53,381 nucleotides of DNA from an uncultured Desulfuromonadales bacterium (GTDB lineage Bacteria > Desulfobacterota > Desulfuromonadia > Desulfuromonadales > CAZYXS01): contig CAZYXS010000002.1 in NCBI GenBank assembly GCA_964650955.1, forward strand, positions 1 through 53,381, in the 5' to 3' direction. A program made the translations under genes and the position numbers. The notes beneath the pieces were generated by a model. The model was not told where the DNA came from, made no database searches, and worked only from the letters and a program-made list of their open reading frames with translations. The number at the start of each line of letters is the position of its first letter. Position 1 is the first letter of the stretch. Positions 9,617-19,613 of the stretch are shown one piece after another.

Positions 9617-11494
9617 TCAGCCCTCGGCGCCGGTGGTTTCCGCCACGCAGGGCCCGGCCGCGGGGGACACGGTGCCCCCGCCGTTCGGACCACCCGCTAC
9701 GGGACCATGCTCGCCAAAGACCATCTCGCGGATTTCGTTTCCATCGAGGGTCTCCCGCTCCAGCAGGGCGTCGGCCACCAGCACCAGGCTCTTCCGGTTG
9801 GACTGCAGAATCTCCCGGGTTCGGGCGTGATTGTCCTGGACGATGCGGCGGATTTCGTTGTCGATTTCCACAGCGGTCGCCTCGCTGTAGTTTTTCATGT
9901 GGCCCATGTCGCGACCGAGGAAAACCTCCCCTTCCTTTTCGCCGTAGGAGAGGGGTCCCAGTTTTTCGCTCATGCCCCACTCACAGACCATCTTGCGGGC
10001 AATGGCGGTGGCCCGTTCGATGTCGTTGCTGGCGCCGGAGGTGATGGAGTTGAACACCAGTTCCTCCGCCACCCGGCCACCCAGCAGGGTGCAGATGCGG
10101 ATGTACAGCCCATCGCGGGTCTCGTTGTATTTCTCCTCCTCCGGCAGGTACATGGTGACGCCCATGGCCCGTCCGCGGGGGATGATGGAAACCTTGTGCA
10201 CCGGGTCGGCCCCAGGGAGGAACAGCGCCACCAGGGCATGGCCGGCCTCATGATAGGCGGTGACCTTCTTTTCCTGCTCGGTGATGACCATGGAGCGGCG
10301 CTCTGCCCCCATCATCACCTTGTCCTTGGCCGCCTCCAGATCACCCATGTTGACCTGGTCCTTGTTGGCACGGGCCGCCAGCAGGGCCGCCTCGTTGATC
10401 AGGTTGGCCAGGTCGGCACCGGAAAACCCGGGCGTCCCCTTGGCCAGCACCTCCATGTTGACGTCGGGGCCGAGGGGCACCTTGCGGGCATGCACGTTGA
10501 GGATTTTGAGCCGGCCCTTGACATCGGGCCGGGGGACCACCACCTGGCGGTCGAAGCGGCCAGGGCGCAGCAGGGCCGGGTCGAGAACGTCGGGGCGGTT
10601 GGTGGCGGCGATCAGAATGACCCCCTCGTTGGACTCGAAGCCGTCCATTTCCACCAGCAACTGGTTCAAGGTCTGCTCGCGCTCGTCATGGCCCCCGCCC
10701 AGACCGGCGCCGCGATGACGGCCGACAGCGTCGATCTCATCGATGAAGATGATGCAGGGGGCGTTCTTCTTGCCCTGGACGAAGAGGTCGCGCACCCGAC
10801 TGGCGCCGACGCCGACGAACATTTCCACGAAGTCGGAGCCGGAGATGGAGAAGAAGGGGACCCCCGCCTCGCCGGCGATGGCCCGCGCCAGCAGGGTCTT
10901 GCCGGTACCGGGAGAACCGACCAGCAGCACCCCCTTGGGGATGCGGCCGCCGAGGCGGCTGAACTTTTTCGGGTCCTTGAGAAAGGAGACGATCTCCTCC
11001 AGTTCATCCTTGGCCTCGTCGATACCGGCCACATCCTTGAACATGACCTGGGCCTGGTTGTCGGAGAGGAGTTTGGCCTTGCTCTTGCCGAAGCTCATGG
11101 CCTTGCCCCCGCCCGACTGCATCTGGCGCATGAAGAAGATCCAGACCCCGATCAGCAGCAGGATCGGCCCCCAGGAGACCAGCAGGGTGAACCAGAAACT
11201 GCGATCCTCGTCGGGCCGGGCCTGGATGATGACGCCCCGCTGGCGCAGTTCCGAGATCAGGTTCGGATCGTCGGGCGCAAAGGTCTTGAACATCACGTCG
11301 TCGTTGTATTTGCCTTCGATGTTGGAGCCCTGGACGGTGACTTCCCGCACCTTCCCCTCGTCGACGGCCTCGAGGAAGGCGGTGTAGGTGATCGGCTTCT
11401 GTTCCCGGTCCTTCTGGGTCATCATGTTGAAGAGCAGGATCATGACCAGCGAAATCACCAGCCAAAGTGCCAGGTTTTTATAGAATTGATTCAC
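9617..11494 (-). CDS. ftsH: ATP-dependent zinc metalloprotease FtsH
   Basis: 625 aa. Two TM helices, Walker [14 protein letters not shown], Walker [34 protein letters not shown], and the Zn site HEAGHAL. Confidence 0.97.
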   Translation of the reverse strand: MNQFYKNLALWLVISLVMILLFNMMTQKDREQKPITYTAFLEAVDEGKVREVTVQGSNIEGKYNDDVMFKTFAPDDPNLISELRQRGVIIQARPDEDRSFWFTLLVSWGPILLLIGVWIFFMRQMQSGGGKAMSFGKSKAKLLSDNQAQVMFKDVAGIDEAKDELEEIVSFLKDPKKFSRLGGRIPKGVLLVGSPGTGKTLLARAIAGEAGVPFFSISGSDFVEMFVGVGASRVRDLFVQGKKNAPCIIFIDEIDAVGRHRGAGLGGGHDEREQTLNQLLVEMDGFESNEGVILIAATNRPDVLDPALLRPGRFDRQVVVPRPDVKGRLKILNVHARKVPLGPDVNMEVLAKGTPGFSGADLANLINEAALLAARANKDQVNMGDLEAAKDKVMMGAERRSMVITEQEKKVTAYHEAGHALVALFLPGADPVHKVSIIPRGRAMGVTMYLPEEEKYNETRDGLYIRICTLLGGRVAEELVFNSITSGASNDIERATAIARKMVCEWGMSEKLGPLSYGEKEGEVFLGRDMGHMKNYSEATAVEIDNEIRRIVQDNHARTREILQSNRKSLVLVADALLERETLDGNEIREMVFGEHGPVAGGPNGGGTVSPAAGPCVAETTGAEG

Positions 11495-11595
11495 GTATCC
11501 CCCTAAAACGACTTGTTTCGCTCGCTGGCGCCGGCACCGGAGGGCCGACCGCGGTCGTGGAACGACACCGGTAAGCTACCACAAACCCTCTGATT

Positions 11596-12999
11596 TCACA
11601 ACCGAATAGTCAAAGTTTCCGCCTGCAGCAAGGTGACCCGCAGCACCTTCTCTGCCGCCCCAGACGGGCGGTGCCCCCCGCAGCGGCGCAGACCGATCAC
11701 CCAAAGCAGTTCATCCCCCACCAGCAATGGCCACCCTCGCCGCAATTCCTGTGCAATCCGCTGTTCGGAAAACAGCTCCTTGAGCTTTTTCCTGCCGTTC
11801 AGCCCCGCAAGACTGATGCGGTCCCCGGGGCGGAACCCACGCACCTGAAGGGGAAACCGGATGCCCTCGAGGGATAATTCGATCCGGGTTGACGACTCCA
11901 GGCCCTCAGGAGGGAGAGTTTCAAGTCGCAGCACCCGCCCGTCGGGCAGGGAATAGTCGCCCGGCCCAGGTATCACGAGGTCGGGCGAAGCCATCGTCTC
12001 CGGCGGGAACTGGCGGACCACCACATCCCCGAACCGTACCCCCGCCCAGCACTGGGGCAAATGCATCTCCCCCTGGGGAGGACCGGACAGAATCAGGTCC
12101 AGCAACCGCTGGAGATGCCCTGAATCCACCCCGGCCAAATGCCCCCGCACTGCTTCCAGGGCTCGACGCAACACCCGCCGGGCCAGAGCGGGATGCAGCT
12201 TGGCCAGACCGGCGCGAGCCAACCGCACCCCTCCCTGCTCCGGCCCCAGCAGGGCCACCATGGCCCCATCGACCTGATCCTCCCAGAAGGACTCCTCCTC
12301 GGCGAGGCGCCCGGCGAGGGCAGCCAGATGACCATCAAGGCGGGGGTTGAACTCACGCAGCAGCGGCAACACCTCATGCCGCAGGCGGTTCCGGGTGAAG
12401 ACGGGCTCGGCGTTGCTCGGATCGCTGAGATAATCCTGCCCGAGTCGACCGAGATAGGACTCCAATTCCAGGCGGGAGACCCCCAGCAGCGGGCGGATGA
12501 AAAGGCCCTGCCGATAGCGCATGGCGGCAAGACCCGAGGCGGAACTGCCCCGCAGCAGCCGGTGCAGCACCGTTTCCGCCTGATCGTCCCGCTGATGCCC
12601 CAGGGCGACCACCTCACAGCCGAGCCGCTCGGCCTCGGAGCTGAGCAAACGCCTGCGGGCCATCCGGCCGGCTTCCTCGACCCCCATGCCCGACTCCCTG
12701 GCCAGGTTGGCCACCTCCACCCGCTCCATAGACAGCGGGATGTCCAAAGAGGCACAGAGCCCGGCCACCCAGCAGGCATCCGCAGCGCTGTCTTGCCGAA
12801 GGGCATGATCGAGATGGGTTGCGTGCAGCTGCAAGGGGTAGCTACTGGCGACTTCATGCAGCAGCCGCAACAGGGCCACCGAATCCCCCCCGCCGGAGAG
12901 GCCGACCAGCACCCGAGACCCGGAGGGGACCCGGCAGCGGTGCCGCAGGATGTTCATCAGCGCGTCAAGCATGGCAGGGCCGAAGACAAAAGCAGTCAA
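11596..12999 (-). CDS. tilS: tRNA(Ile)-lysidine synthetase
   Basis: 467 aa. N-type ATP-PPase PP-loop VLVGLSGGGDSVALL, followed by TilS substrate-binding-like C-terminal domains. tilS-ftsH synteny. The exact start is uncertain because several in-frame Met codons occur in the first 15 codons. Confidence 0.9.
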   Translation of the reverse strand: MTAFVFGPAMLDALMNILRHRCRVPSGSRVLVGLSGGGDSVALLRLLHEVASSYPLQLHATHLDHALRQDSAADACWVAGLCASLDIPLSMERVEVANLARESGMGVEEAGRMARRRLLSSEAERLGCEVVALGHQRDDQAETVLHRLLRGSSASGLAAMRYRQGLFIRPLLGVSRLELESYLGRLGQDYLSDPSNAEPVFTRNRLRHEVLPLLREFNPRLDGHLAALAGRLAEEESFWEDQVDGAMVALLGPEQGGVRLARAGLAKLHPALARRVLRRALEAVRGHLAGVDSGHLQRLLDLILSGPPQGEMHLPQCWAGVRFGDVVVRQFPPETMASPDLVIPGPGDYSLPDGRVLRLETLPPEGLESSTRIELSLEGIRFPLQVRGFRPGDRISLAGLNGRKKLKELFSEQRIAQELRRGWPLLVGDELLWVIGLRRCGGHRPSGAAEKVLRVTLLQAETLTIRL

Positions 13000-13037
13000 G
13001 CCCCCACCGGCATCCGGAGGGGGCTTGACTGGGTGAA

Positions 13038-13114
13038 TGGTGGCGGTGCAGAGATTCGAACTCCGGACACTGCGGATATGAGCCGCATGCTCTAACCAAC
13101 TGAGCTACACCGCC
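13038..13114 (-). tRNA. tRNA with CAU anticodon (elongator Met, or tRNA-Ile2 that needs lysidine; not distinguishable by eye)
   Basis: The reverse complement GGCGGTG-TA-GCTC-AGTTGGTTA-GAGC-A-TGCGG-CTCATAT-CCGCA-GTGTC-CGGAG-TTCGAAT-CTCTG-CACCGCC-A-CCA folds as a 77-nt cloverleaf with an encoded CCA. Confidence 0.85.
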
Positions 13115-13160
13115 AAACTGGGGCAAGAAAAACCTCCCCCTGGGGAGGTCGGTGCGTATT

Positions 13161-13237
<77 letters not shown>

Positions 13238-13274
13238 TCACGGAGGCGTAATCTAACCGGACGCCCCGGGGAAG

Positions 13275-14294
13275 TCAAGGACTTTTTTCGCACCCTGCGC
13301 ACATCGTCCGAAACCATGCAACGAACTGCGGCAAGCCCTCTTCCAGGGGCACCCGGGGATCGTAACCGAGGGCCTGGCGGGCCTTGGTAATATCGGCGAA
13401 GGTGCAGTCCACATCGCCAGGCTGGGGGGGCAGGCGTTCGAGCTGGGGAGCGATGCCAAGTTCGCCAGACAGACCGTCAACCAGCTCCTTAAGGGTCACG
13501 GTACGGGATTCGCCCAGGTTGAAAATATCGTAGCAGGGGGTGGCGGAGGCAGCCAACCACTTCAGCGCCCCAAGGACCCCCTGGAGGGTGTCGCTGATAT
13601 AGGTGTAGTCGCGGCGGGTGCTGCCGTCGCCGAAAAACGGCAGGGGCCGACCGGCGGCGAGCAGGGCGGCGAACTTGTGAATGGCCAGGTCCGGCCGCTG
13701 GCGCGGGCCGTAGACGGTAAAAAACCGCAGACAGGCCACCGACAGGCCATAGAGGTGATGCTCGTTGAAGCAGATCAGCTCCCCGGCCCGCTTGGTGGCG
13801 GCATAGGGGGAAATGGGCTGATCCACGGGGTCGCTTTCGGCAAAGGGCACCTTGCGGTTGTTGCCATAGACCGAGGAAGATGAGGCGAAGGCCAGCCGCT
13901 TGACGCCATAGGCGCGGCACCCTTGCAGCAGCTGCAGAGTGCCGGCGACATTGACGTCGTGGTAAAGCATCGGATCGGCAATGGAAGGGCGCACCCCGGC
14001 CATGGCGGCCAGATGCACCACGGCGGCTGCTGCCGGCTCTCCCAGGGAGCACAACGCCCGACCGACGTCGTCCGCGGAACGGATGTCCCCCTTGTGCACG
14101 ACCAGTTCGCCGCCGCACCCGCGGGCGGTCTGGCGGATGGCGGCGAGGTTGGTCTGTTTTATTTCCGGAGAGTAGAAGGCATTGAAGTTGTCCAGAAGCA
14201 CCACCCGGCGCCCCTGGCGCAGCAGGGCTTCGCAGAGGTGGGAACCGATAAAACCGGCGCCGCCTGTGACCAGAACGGATGCGATAGCAGCCAT
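13275..14294 (-). CDS. NAD-dependent nucleotide-sugar epimerase/dehydratase (SDR family)
   Basis: 339 aa. VLVTGGAGFIGSHL Rossmann motif and the YAATKRAGE (YxxxK) catalytic motif. It resembles UDP-glucuronate/UDP-glucose 4-epimerases, but substrate cannot be assigned from sequence alone. Confidence 0.85.
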   Translation of the reverse strand: MAAIASVLVTGGAGFIGSHLCEALLRQGRRVVLLDNFNAFYSPEIKQTNLAAIRQTARGCGGELVVHKGDIRSADDVGRALCSLGEPAAAAVVHLAAMAGVRPSIADPMLYHDVNVAGTLQLLQGCRAYGVKRLAFASSSSVYGNNRKVPFAESDPVDQPISPYAATKRAGELICFNEHHLYGLSVACLRFFTVYGPRQRPDLAIHKFAALLAAGRPLPFFGDGSTRRDYTYISDTLQGVLGALKWLAASATPCYDIFNLGESRTVTLKELVDGLSGELGIAPQLERLPPQPGDVDCTFADITKARQALGYDPRVPLEEGLPQFVAWFRTMCAGCEKSP

Positions 14295-14301
14295 GACCGG
14301 C

Positions 14302-15060
14302 CTAACGCTTGCGCACCAGAGCCGACAGCCGTTCTTCGGCGACTAGCCGCTCTACGGTCTTGCCGGCCGTGGCCGAATCGTCAAAGGGTCCGATATAGAC
14401 CCGGTGCCAGACCCCCTTGGCCCCCAGGTCAGCCTCCTGGGTATAGGCGCTGTACCCCTTTTTCGCCAAACGGTCCTTGAGGGACTGGGCATCGGAGAGT
14501 TGCTGAAAGGAGGCCACTTGCACCACGTAAGCCCCGCTTGCAGCGGGTTTGGCCGGGGCCGCGACAGGCGCGGCGGTGGTGGTCGCCGCCGGCGCCGGAG
14601 CGGCAGAAACCGGGGCAGGCTTGGCGACCGGTGCCGTTGCCGGCGGCGGGGAGGGGGCCGACGCCGGTGCGGCCGGCGAAGAGGATTGTGGCACGGCCGC
14701 CGCGGTTTCCGTTGCCGGTTTCTTTTCCTCCGGCGGCAGGTTGATGCCGCTTCCCAGGGGGGGTTGGTCCCCCTTGGGCAGGGAATCGTAGAAGGTGAGG
14801 TTTTCCCCCGGGCGAGGCTGCATGGTGGCCTCGCCGGGTACGGATTCCGCCGGTTTGGCCGCAACTTCGTCCTTGGCGACGGGAATACGGGCTGGCGCCT
14901 CCTGTGCCTGGGGCGGCTGGGTCGCTGGAGCCCCGCGACGGCCGACCATCACGCCAAGGGTAAAGCTGAGCAGCGAGACGGCGAGGACCAGAAAGAGCAG
15001 AAACAGGACCTGTTTTTTCTCCATACGGCGCTCCGTGCGCGAGGCAACCTGACGGTTCAT
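14302..15060 (-). CDS. SPOR-domain (septal peptidoglycan-binding) membrane protein
   Basis: Start set at ATG 15060 (MNRQVASRTERRMEKKQVLFLLFLVLAVSLLSF gives a TM anchor). A Pro/Ala-rich linker follows, then a C-terminal SPOR domain (YVVQVASFQQLSDAQSLKDRLAKKGYSAYTQEADLGAKGVWHRVYIGPF). The track ORF's additional 62 codons look like read-through. Confidence 0.8.
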   Translation of the reverse strand: MNRQVASRTERRMEKKQVLFLLFLVLAVSLLSFTLGVMVGRRGAPATQPPQAQEAPARIPVAKDEVAAKPAESVPGEATMQPRPGENLTFYDSLPKGDQPPLGSGINLPPEEKKPATETAAAVPQSSSPAAPASAPSPPPATAPVAKPAPVSAAPAPAATTTAAPVAAPAKPAASGAYVVQVASFQQLSDAQSLKDRLAKKGYSAYTQEADLGAKGVWHRVYIGPFDDSATAGKTVERLVAEERLSALVRKR

Positions 15061-15274
15061 ACAGAAACCTCCGGCCTCCCCTGGCCACCGTGCGTCGAGC
15101 GGCGCGCCCTGGGGGCTTGGCTTGAATTCAGTAGGCCATCCTGGCCGTCGAGGATTTGCATGGTAGCCCTCCGGTCCCGACCTGTCAAGGCGGGCCCAGG
15201 TGCACAAACGCCCCGGCCGGGGCCGAGGCGAAACGATCTCATCCACCCAGGAGGGTAGCCGGGGAAAACCAGGG

Positions 15275-15640
15275 TTATTCGGCCGGGGGATTTGGAACCG
15301 CGGTTGGAGCCGGCTCCTGGGTGGTCACCCCACCCTTGGCGGCAGGGAACTGGTAGACCAGTTCGTCCTCTTTGACCAGCCCCAGTTCCTTGCGGGCAAC
15401 TCCCTCAAGGTAGCGCCGGTCGGATCGCAGGGATTCGATTTCCTTGCGCAATTCCAGGTTGATGGCTTCGATGCGCCGGACCTCCGCCTCCAGGGCGGCC
15501 TTTTCCCGGTTGGCCTGAACCCCGCGCAGGATGCCCCGCTCGCCGAACAAGGCCGCAGCCAGCACCAGCAGCAGCAACAGGCCGGCCCAAAGGGGAAACC
15601 TGCTGGAAGGCTCGGGGATATCGACTTCGGGGGTGGACAT
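15275..15640 (-). CDS. ftsB: septum formation initiator FtsB/DivIC family
   Basis: 121 aa. One TM helix, then a coiled coil (NREKAALEAEVRRIEAINLELRKEIESLRSD) and the conserved YLEGVARKELGLVKEDELVYQF tail. Confidence 0.8.
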   Translation of the reverse strand: MSTPEVDIPEPSSRFPLWAGLLLLLVLAAALFGERGILRGVQANREKAALEAEVRRIEAINLELRKEIESLRSDRRYLEGVARKELGLVKEDELVYQFPAAKGGVTTQEPAPTAVPNPPAE

Positions 15641-15676
15641 GGGATCAGTTCCTTGCTCCCCCGGGGCCGGAGAAGA

Positions 15677-15979
15677 CTAGCGCACAGCGACCAGGGGCCG
15701 CAATTTCTCCAGTTTTTTCGGCCCAATCCCTTTGACCCGGAGCAGGTCGTCGACGGCGGTGAAGGGCCCTTGTTCGGTCCGGTAGGCGATGATCTTCTCG
15801 GCGGTCACCTTCCCCACCCCCGGCAGTGCAATCAACTGGTTGGCGGTCGCCTGGTTGAGGTTGACAGGCGCCTGGGCCTGGGAGCCTGAAGGGATCGACG
15901 CTCCTGCGGCCGCGGCCGGAACCGGCCCCACCGCCAGCATGACCAGCACCATAACATAAAGCACCAGCAGTTTTTTCAC
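15677..15979 (-). CDS. comEA: ComEA-type helix-hairpin-helix DNA-binding protein
   Basis: Start set at GTG 15979, with GGAGGGGG RBS directly upstream. Signal/anchor VKKLLVLYVMVLVMLAV, then VNLNQATANQLIALPGVGKVTAEKIIAYRTEQGPFTAVDDLLRVKGIGPKKLEKL (tandem HhH). The longer track ORF to 16183 is an upstream extension. Confidence 0.8.
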   Translation of the reverse strand: MKKLLVLYVMVLVMLAVGPVPAAAAGASIPSGSQAQAPVNLNQATANQLIALPGVGKVTAEKIIAYRTEQGPFTAVDDLLRVKGIGPKKLEKLRPLVAVR

Positions 15980-16083
15980 AATCCCCCTCCGCGACGAAAA
16001 AGTTTTTCCCCAAAAACCCCGCCCGCACCTCGATTGACCGAAACCAATTAACACAATTAAAATTTCAGCACAATGAGATTGTG

Positions 16084-16117
16084 AAAAAAACGGGGGAAGC
16101 GCACGCGCTCCCCCCGT
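16084..16117 (-). terminator. rho-independent terminator
   Basis: The minus strand reads CGGGGGGAGCGC-GU-GCGCUUCCCCCG followed by UUUUUUU. It lies 26 nt after the stop of the 16143-16784 gene and closes the minus-strand transcription unit that starts near 21.5 kb. Confidence 0.6.
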
Positions 16118-16142
16118 CGGGATGTCCAATCGGTCCGGTCGT

Positions 16143-16784
16143 TCAGATGAAGCGTCCGTTCTTGAGAAATTCCCTCGCGACAACGGCTGGATCTTTTTGG
16201 GCGGCCTGGGTCTCGAGAGCTTTCATCGCCTCCAGCGACAAGGCACCACCCAGCTTGTTGATCAACCGTGCGAGCGCGGGGAACTTTTTCAGGGTGTCCT
16301 TGCGCACGACCGGTGCGGCCTGGGCGGCCATGCCGGAGGGGGCGAGGCGCTGGTCGTCGAAGCCGAAGGGATCGAGCCAGACCAGGTTGAGATTCTGGTT
16401 GTAGCCCGACTTGACCGACTGGTAGAGGGCCTGGGGATCACTGATCGGCGCGGCTTTGAGTACCTGGGCCTGGCCAATGCCGGTATAGTCCACCACCATG
16501 TCGAGATCGGCTTTAAGAATCGCCTGATGGGCCGTGGCCAGATCGTTGAACTTCACCACTTTCACCGTAGTCCCGGTGCGTTCGGTGATCAGGATCGAGA
16601 GGATCTGGGCCAGGATTTCCTGCTGCAGGGAGCCGGCAGCTCCCACATGGATGGTTTTGCCGACACAGGCCCGCGCGGGGTGGGGCATCAGCCCCCCTAT
16701 CAGGACCAGCATCAGTGCGGCGAAGTAGACCGGTTTCAATCTGGGCATCGCTTTCCTCCTGGACTGCAGGGGTCTTCGGAACAA
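16143..16784 (-). CDS. OpuAC-like (glycine-betaine-type) periplasmic substrate-binding protein, orphan
   Basis: 213 aa. Signal peptide, then KTIHVGAAGSLQQEILAQIL...DMVVDYTG...GYNQNLNLVWLDPFGFDD, which resembles the ABC quaternary-amine substrate-binding fold. No permease or ATPase gene is nearby. Confidence 0.55.
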   Translation of the reverse strand: MFRRPLQSRRKAMPRLKPVYFAALMLVLIGGLMPHPARACVGKTIHVGAAGSLQQEILAQILSILITERTGTTVKVVKFNDLATAHQAILKADLDMVVDYTGIGQAQVLKAAPISDPQALYQSVKSGYNQNLNLVWLDPFGFDDQRLAPSGMAAQAAPVVRKDTLKKFPALARLINKLGGALSLEAMKALETQAAQKDPAVVAREFLKNGRFI

Positions 16785-16805
16785 GCGTCCGCCACCCCCC
16801 GGGGG

Positions 16806-17108
16806 TTAGTGATAATTTTCGCTGTCGTCCTGCAGGTGCAGGGCGGCGGGCTCGACGGGACCAAAACGCTCCTCGTAGATCCGCAGATTCTCCTGCCAGG
16901 CATGCAGCAGGCGTTTGAAATGTTTGGGCGAAGTGACCACCCGGCTGCGCACCTTGGCCCGCGGGGCCTGAGGCTGTACGAAAATGAAGTCGAGCACGAA
17001 TTCGGTGTCGGTATGATTGACCACCGCCAGGTTGGCATAGACCCCCTGGGCCTGGTCTTCGTCGATCTGGATCTCGAGCCTGATTTCTCCGGGCTTCTGC
17101 TCCGACAC
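16806..17108 (-). CDS. DUF3467-family protein
   Basis: 100 aa. GVYANLAVVNHTDTEFVLDFIFVQP...AKVRSRVVTSPKHFKRLLHAWQENLRIYEERFG matches my memory of the DUF3467 consensus. Confidence 0.7.
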   Translation of the reverse strand: MSEQKPGEIRLEIQIDEDQAQGVYANLAVVNHTDTEFVLDFIFVQPQAPRAKVRSRVVTSPKHFKRLLHAWQENLRIYEERFGPVEPAALHLQDDSENYH

Positions 17109-17183
17109 GCAAGCCTCACTTCTGTTGGGGTGGAGAATGGGCCCGGAACCTATGACCGGACAACGACTTCCATATTAACCCAA

Positions 17184-18683
17184 TCAGCGCAAAAAGAGCC
17201 AGTGAATTAGGGTGATGACGTAGATGCCCAGCAGCAGCGTCAGGTTGAGCGCCGCCGCAGGCAGAAACCCCCGCCCCCCAGCCCCTCCCCTGGCCATCTT
17301 CCAGGCGCCGGTCAGGCCGGCGAGGTACCCCCCTGTCAGCAGCAGGAGGGCTACCCATTTGAGCAGATCGATGGGAACCAGAACCCCGGGAGGGGGAACC
17401 ACCTGCATGACGTTGACCGCGAGGTAACTGCGCACCCCGCTCGGGTCGGCCAGCACCAGGGGGAGAAACACCCCCTTGGCATTGAGCTTGACCAGGGCCA
17501 GCACCAGATGGGCAGCCAGCAATAAGGGGACCAGGGGGAGGGTCAAGCGACCCAGGCAGGCCCAGAATCCCTCGCTCTGCCGGGAAGGGGGCAGCGCGGA
17601 GGGAGGCGCCAAGGAGGCCCCGTCCACATCGGCCACCTGCACCCCGCTCAGCCGCAGCAACAACCAGCCTGGGAGCACCAGCAGCAGCGGCAACCCCAGT
17701 GAGACCCAGAGCGCGGCCAGCAGTTCGAACCCGGCCACCTGCCAGCCGAGGACTTCGGCGGCCCGCTGCGGCAGCCACAGCAGTGCCTCTCGCAGGTCCA
17801 GGTAGACCTTGCTGAAGTTGGCGGTCAGCAGCCCCAGCAACACGACGAAGAAGAAGGCTTCGGAGGGCCGCAGGCCCCGCTGACCGAAATCCCCGAGCCA
17901 GGAGCGACGCCCGAGCAGGATGTTGCCTTTTTCGCAATTCTGCAGGCAATGCAGGCAGAGAGTGCAATCAGCGCTATCCTGCAGTTGGGCCGGAACCAGC
18001 CCGGCCGGGCAGTCCCGCCTGCGGGAAGGCCAGAACAGTTGCGCCCGCCCGAAGCTGAGCCGCCGCCATTGCTCTGCGCCACTGATGCAGTCCTGGCTGT
18101 CGCAGGCGGCGCAGGTCTCCGGGCATTTGACCCGCAATTGCAGCGGGGCGACCCGGGCATAGAGTCCGAACACGGCCCCGGCCGGACAGAGCAGGCTACA
18201 GAAGGAGCGTTTGCGAAACAGCAGTCCGAGACCAAGTGCGGTGGCCAGCACCAGGACCAGCAATACGGCAGTGTAATCCGGGTAGCGATGGATGGCCAGC
18301 AGATAGACAGCGACCTGCAGGGCGACCAGAGTCAGGGTCACGGGAATGAAATTGTCGAGCCAGCGCGGCAGCGGCCAGCCGAGGCCCATGCGGGCCACGA
18401 GGCCATTGAGCCACCCCAGTGGGCAGACTGTGCACCAGGCCCGGCCAAGCACCAGTGCCAGGGGCACCACCCCCATCATCCAGAGCACCCAGAACAGATA
18501 GGTGGCCAGGTTGGTGTACATCAAGGGGTCGCTCACCGCCACGCCGGGAATGCCGTGATGATGCCAGCCCGCGGCAATCATTGCCAGCAACACCAGCAGC
18601 CCGGCTATCTGCAGCAGGCGCCAGGGCCAGGCTGAATGCAGCAGTGATGCCAGGCCCCGGAACCGGGTCAGATCCCTCAGCAC
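17184..18683 (-). CDS. NapH/NosH-like membrane Fe-S protein with extra C-terminal multi-TM domain
   Basis: 499 aa. GTG start with GGAGG RBS. Polytopic, with membrane-edge WCTVCPLGW and FCSLLCPAG (CX2-3CP) motifs. Cys clusters CPETCAACDSQDC and CTLCLHCLQNC (ferredoxin-type). About 230 further hydrophobic residues follow. Confidence 0.7.
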   Translation of the reverse strand: MLRDLTRFRGLASLLHSAWPWRLLQIAGLLVLLAMIAAGWHHHGIPGVAVSDPLMYTNLATYLFWVLWMMGVVPLALVLGRAWCTVCPLGWLNGLVARMGLGWPLPRWLDNFIPVTLTLVALQVAVYLLAIHRYPDYTAVLLVLVLATALGLGLLFRKRSFCSLLCPAGAVFGLYARVAPLQLRVKCPETCAACDSQDCISGAEQWRRLSFGRAQLFWPSRRRDCPAGLVPAQLQDSADCTLCLHCLQNCEKGNILLGRRSWLGDFGQRGLRPSEAFFFVVLLGLLTANFSKVYLDLREALLWLPQRAAEVLGWQVAGFELLAALWVSLGLPLLLVLPGWLLLRLSGVQVADVDGASLAPPSALPPSRQSEGFWACLGRLTLPLVPLLLAAHLVLALVKLNAKGVFLPLVLADPSGVRSYLAVNVMQVVPPPGVLVPIDLLKWVALLLLTGGYLAGLTGAWKMARGGAGGRGFLPAAALNLTLLLGIYVITLIHWLFLR

Positions 18684-18710
18684 CGGGCACCTCCGCGGGT
18701 CGGCCTGCGG

Positions 18711-19613
18711 CTAGCGATAGACACTGTCAGGTGCAACCTGTTCTCCCTTATCGTTGCGGTAGGTGGTGGGCTGACCTGTGATCATCTCCAGGGAGCGGGC
18801 GGCCCATTCCCGCACGACCACCACTTCGTCGGCGAGGGCCGATCGCAACGGGGAGACGGCCGCCGCCGTACCCAGCGGGCCCAGAGCCATGGCAGCGTGC
18901 ATCCGGATCCGCTCATCGCTGTCGACCAAAGCTGCCAACAGGATCGACTCGGCGCGGGAATTCTTGAGTTTACCCAGAGCGAGAATCGCCTCGACCCGGG
19001 CCCCCCCCTCGGCTTGCGCCAGCAGCGCTTCCAGTGCCCGTGGATCGGCGATATCCCCCAGGGCTCGCACGGCCCCGGCGGCAGCCGTTGGGTTGGCCTT
19101 GTCGAGGAGGGCAATCAGGGGATCCACTGCGGCCTGGTTCTGCTTGATCAAGGAACGCACGGCCAATTTGCGCACTTCCGGGTCGGGATCGTCCAACGCA
19201 CCGAGCAGAGCCGGCACCGCGGCCGGATCGCCGATTTCACCCAGCGCCCAGGCGGCAACGTAGCGCCTGGTGTAGCTCCGGTCAGCCAGGACTCGGGTGA
19301 TGGCCGGCACCGCCTGGGTCACCTTCTGGTTGCCCAGCGCGGCGATGACATGTTCCCGGAGGTTGGCCGAGTCGGCTTCGACATGTTCCAGCAGCACGGG
19401 CACCGCGGCTGGCCCGGCTTCGAGCACCATGGCGTAAACCTTCGCATTGAGCGGCCGGTTCTCCTCCCCCAGCATTTGGACCAGAGTGCGGATGGCGGCC
19501 GGATCACCGCCACGGGCCCGCCCCTGCAGGGCATCCAGGTCGACCGGGCCGGACGGTTGGCAGGCCGTCAAATTGAAAAGCAGCAGCAGGGCCAGGGAAA
19601 TCCAGACTTGCAT
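18711..19613 (-). CDS. HEAT-repeat (PBS-lyase-like) lipoprotein
   Basis: ATG 19613 overlaps the upstream TAA (TAATG). Lipobox LLFNLTAC. Repeated ...A..ALG.IGDP.AVP.LL..L.D.D..VR..A... units. Confidence 0.75.
   Translation of the reverse strand: MQVWISLALLLLFNLTACQPSGPVDLDALQGRARGGDPAAIRTLVQMLGEENRPLNAKVYAMVLEAGPAAVPVLLEHVEADSANLREHVIAALGNQKVTQAVPAITRVLADRSYTRRYVAAWALGEIGDPAAVPALLGALDDPDPEVRKLAVRSLIKQNQAAVDPLIALLDKANPTAAAGAVRALGDIADPRALEALLAQAEGGARVEAILALGKLKNSRAESILLAALVDSDERIRMHAAMALGPLGTAAAVSPLRSALADEVVVVREWAARSLEMITGQPTTYRNDKGEQVAPDSVYR

Noticed and set aside
9488-11506. 672-aa ORF on the plus strand
   Set aside because: It is exactly antisense to ftsH, whose product has every FtsH motif. 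The plus-strand translation is low-complexity (G/A/D/H/Q/P-rich) with no recognisable domain. This is a typical shadow ORF of a high-GC3 gene.
14352-15088. Pro/Arg/Gly-rich overlapping ORFs in several frames (e.g. 14352-14864, 14429-15088, 14404-15258)
   Set aside because: They are alternative-frame readings of the Pro/Ala-rich linker of the SPOR protein. Only the annotated frame gives a TM anchor plus a SPOR domain.
14302-15246. ORF-track N-terminal extensions: SPOR protein to 15246, ComEA to 16183, beta-helix protein from 26935, DUF362 from 32395, FG-GAP from 21837, GGDEF-EAL from 44692, hypothetical protein to 40904
   Set aside because: In each case an internal start has a good RBS and yields a proper signal peptide, TM anchor or family-typical N-terminus. 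The extension either overlaps the neighbouring gene or riboswitch or adds P/R/G-rich residues.
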